Shown here piece by piece: positions 63,649-64,000 of a stretch of DNA of 64,000 bases (the first letter of the stretch is position 1; each line of letters opens with the position of its first letter). The stretch spans positions 6,820,001-6,884,000 of the forward strand of contig NW_027266268.1 of NCBI RefSeq assembly GCF_022045235.1, in the 5' to 3' direction. The notes below the pieces were generated by a model. The model made no database searches. It was not told the origin of the DNA and saw only the letters and a program-made list of their open reading frames with translations. The DNA comes from Haliotis cracherodii (lineage: Eukaryota). The translations under genes were made by a program, and so were the position numbers.

Positions 63649-64000
63649 ACATGTCATCAGGTTACATACACACTTCTCATTGTGAAGAGTTTGTGACCTT
63701 GTTCAGGTCCAAAGTACAGGTAAGCACCTGATTGGTGTTAAGATGGGTTGTGGTTAGGTACAGAGGCCTAAATGTCCGTTCAAGATCATACATTAATAAG
63801 CTTTCTCTTTCCCTTCAGCTGCATTACTATCACAACTCTCCTAAGCCAGTCTATCAGAGCAGGCTTTCATAAGCGCATTTGTATGCAAACGGGTGGAAAG
63901 TCTGGTCACGTGATAAGCTTGTGGCAGTGGTATAAAGCCAAGTCATCCTTGCACCTGAGTGTGTTCAATTAGTTAGCTTTATTAAATTGTTGACATGTTC

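Noticed and set aside
63801-63850. Strong-looking acceptor ctttctctttcccttcag as the next exon
   Set aside because: The phase-1 continuation stops after AALLSQLS and lacks the expected LamG F-x-GC motif; the next exon is probably beyond the window

Overview
Eukaryotic, AT-rich, repeat-dense animal DNA. The repeat repertoire looks molluscan, possibly abalone-like; that is inference. One large + strand gene runs off the right edge. A signal-peptide exon at 7428-7491 is followed by a 24.5 kb intron and 22 GT-AG exons (32045-62807) that join with matching phases into about 1720 codons: 28 tandem, mostly Ca-binding EGF repeats, then LamG-EGF-LamG-EGF-LamG (partial). This is a Crumbs-like protein; an Eyes-shut-like identity is not excluded because the C-terminus is outside the window. 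Introns hold three SINE-like families sharing one 3' tail, a Meta-type SINE, several TA- and CWG-targeting MITEs, and many mini/microsatellites. The long ORFs at 10-18 kb and 37 kb are tandem-repeat artefacts. Most notable: (i) three independent tandem amplifications of exon boundaries that create arrays of decoy splice sites; (ii) a hexa-arginine convertase site inside the first LamG domain; (iii) a 157-bp TG..CA element with a 4-bp TSD and an internal tRNA-like Pol III promoter (Helenus-like solo LTR); (iv) a signal exon that splices into the tail of a missing EGF repeat; (v) a MITE inserted inside a splice donor; (vi) two minisatellites apparently born from the head of one interspersed repeat.
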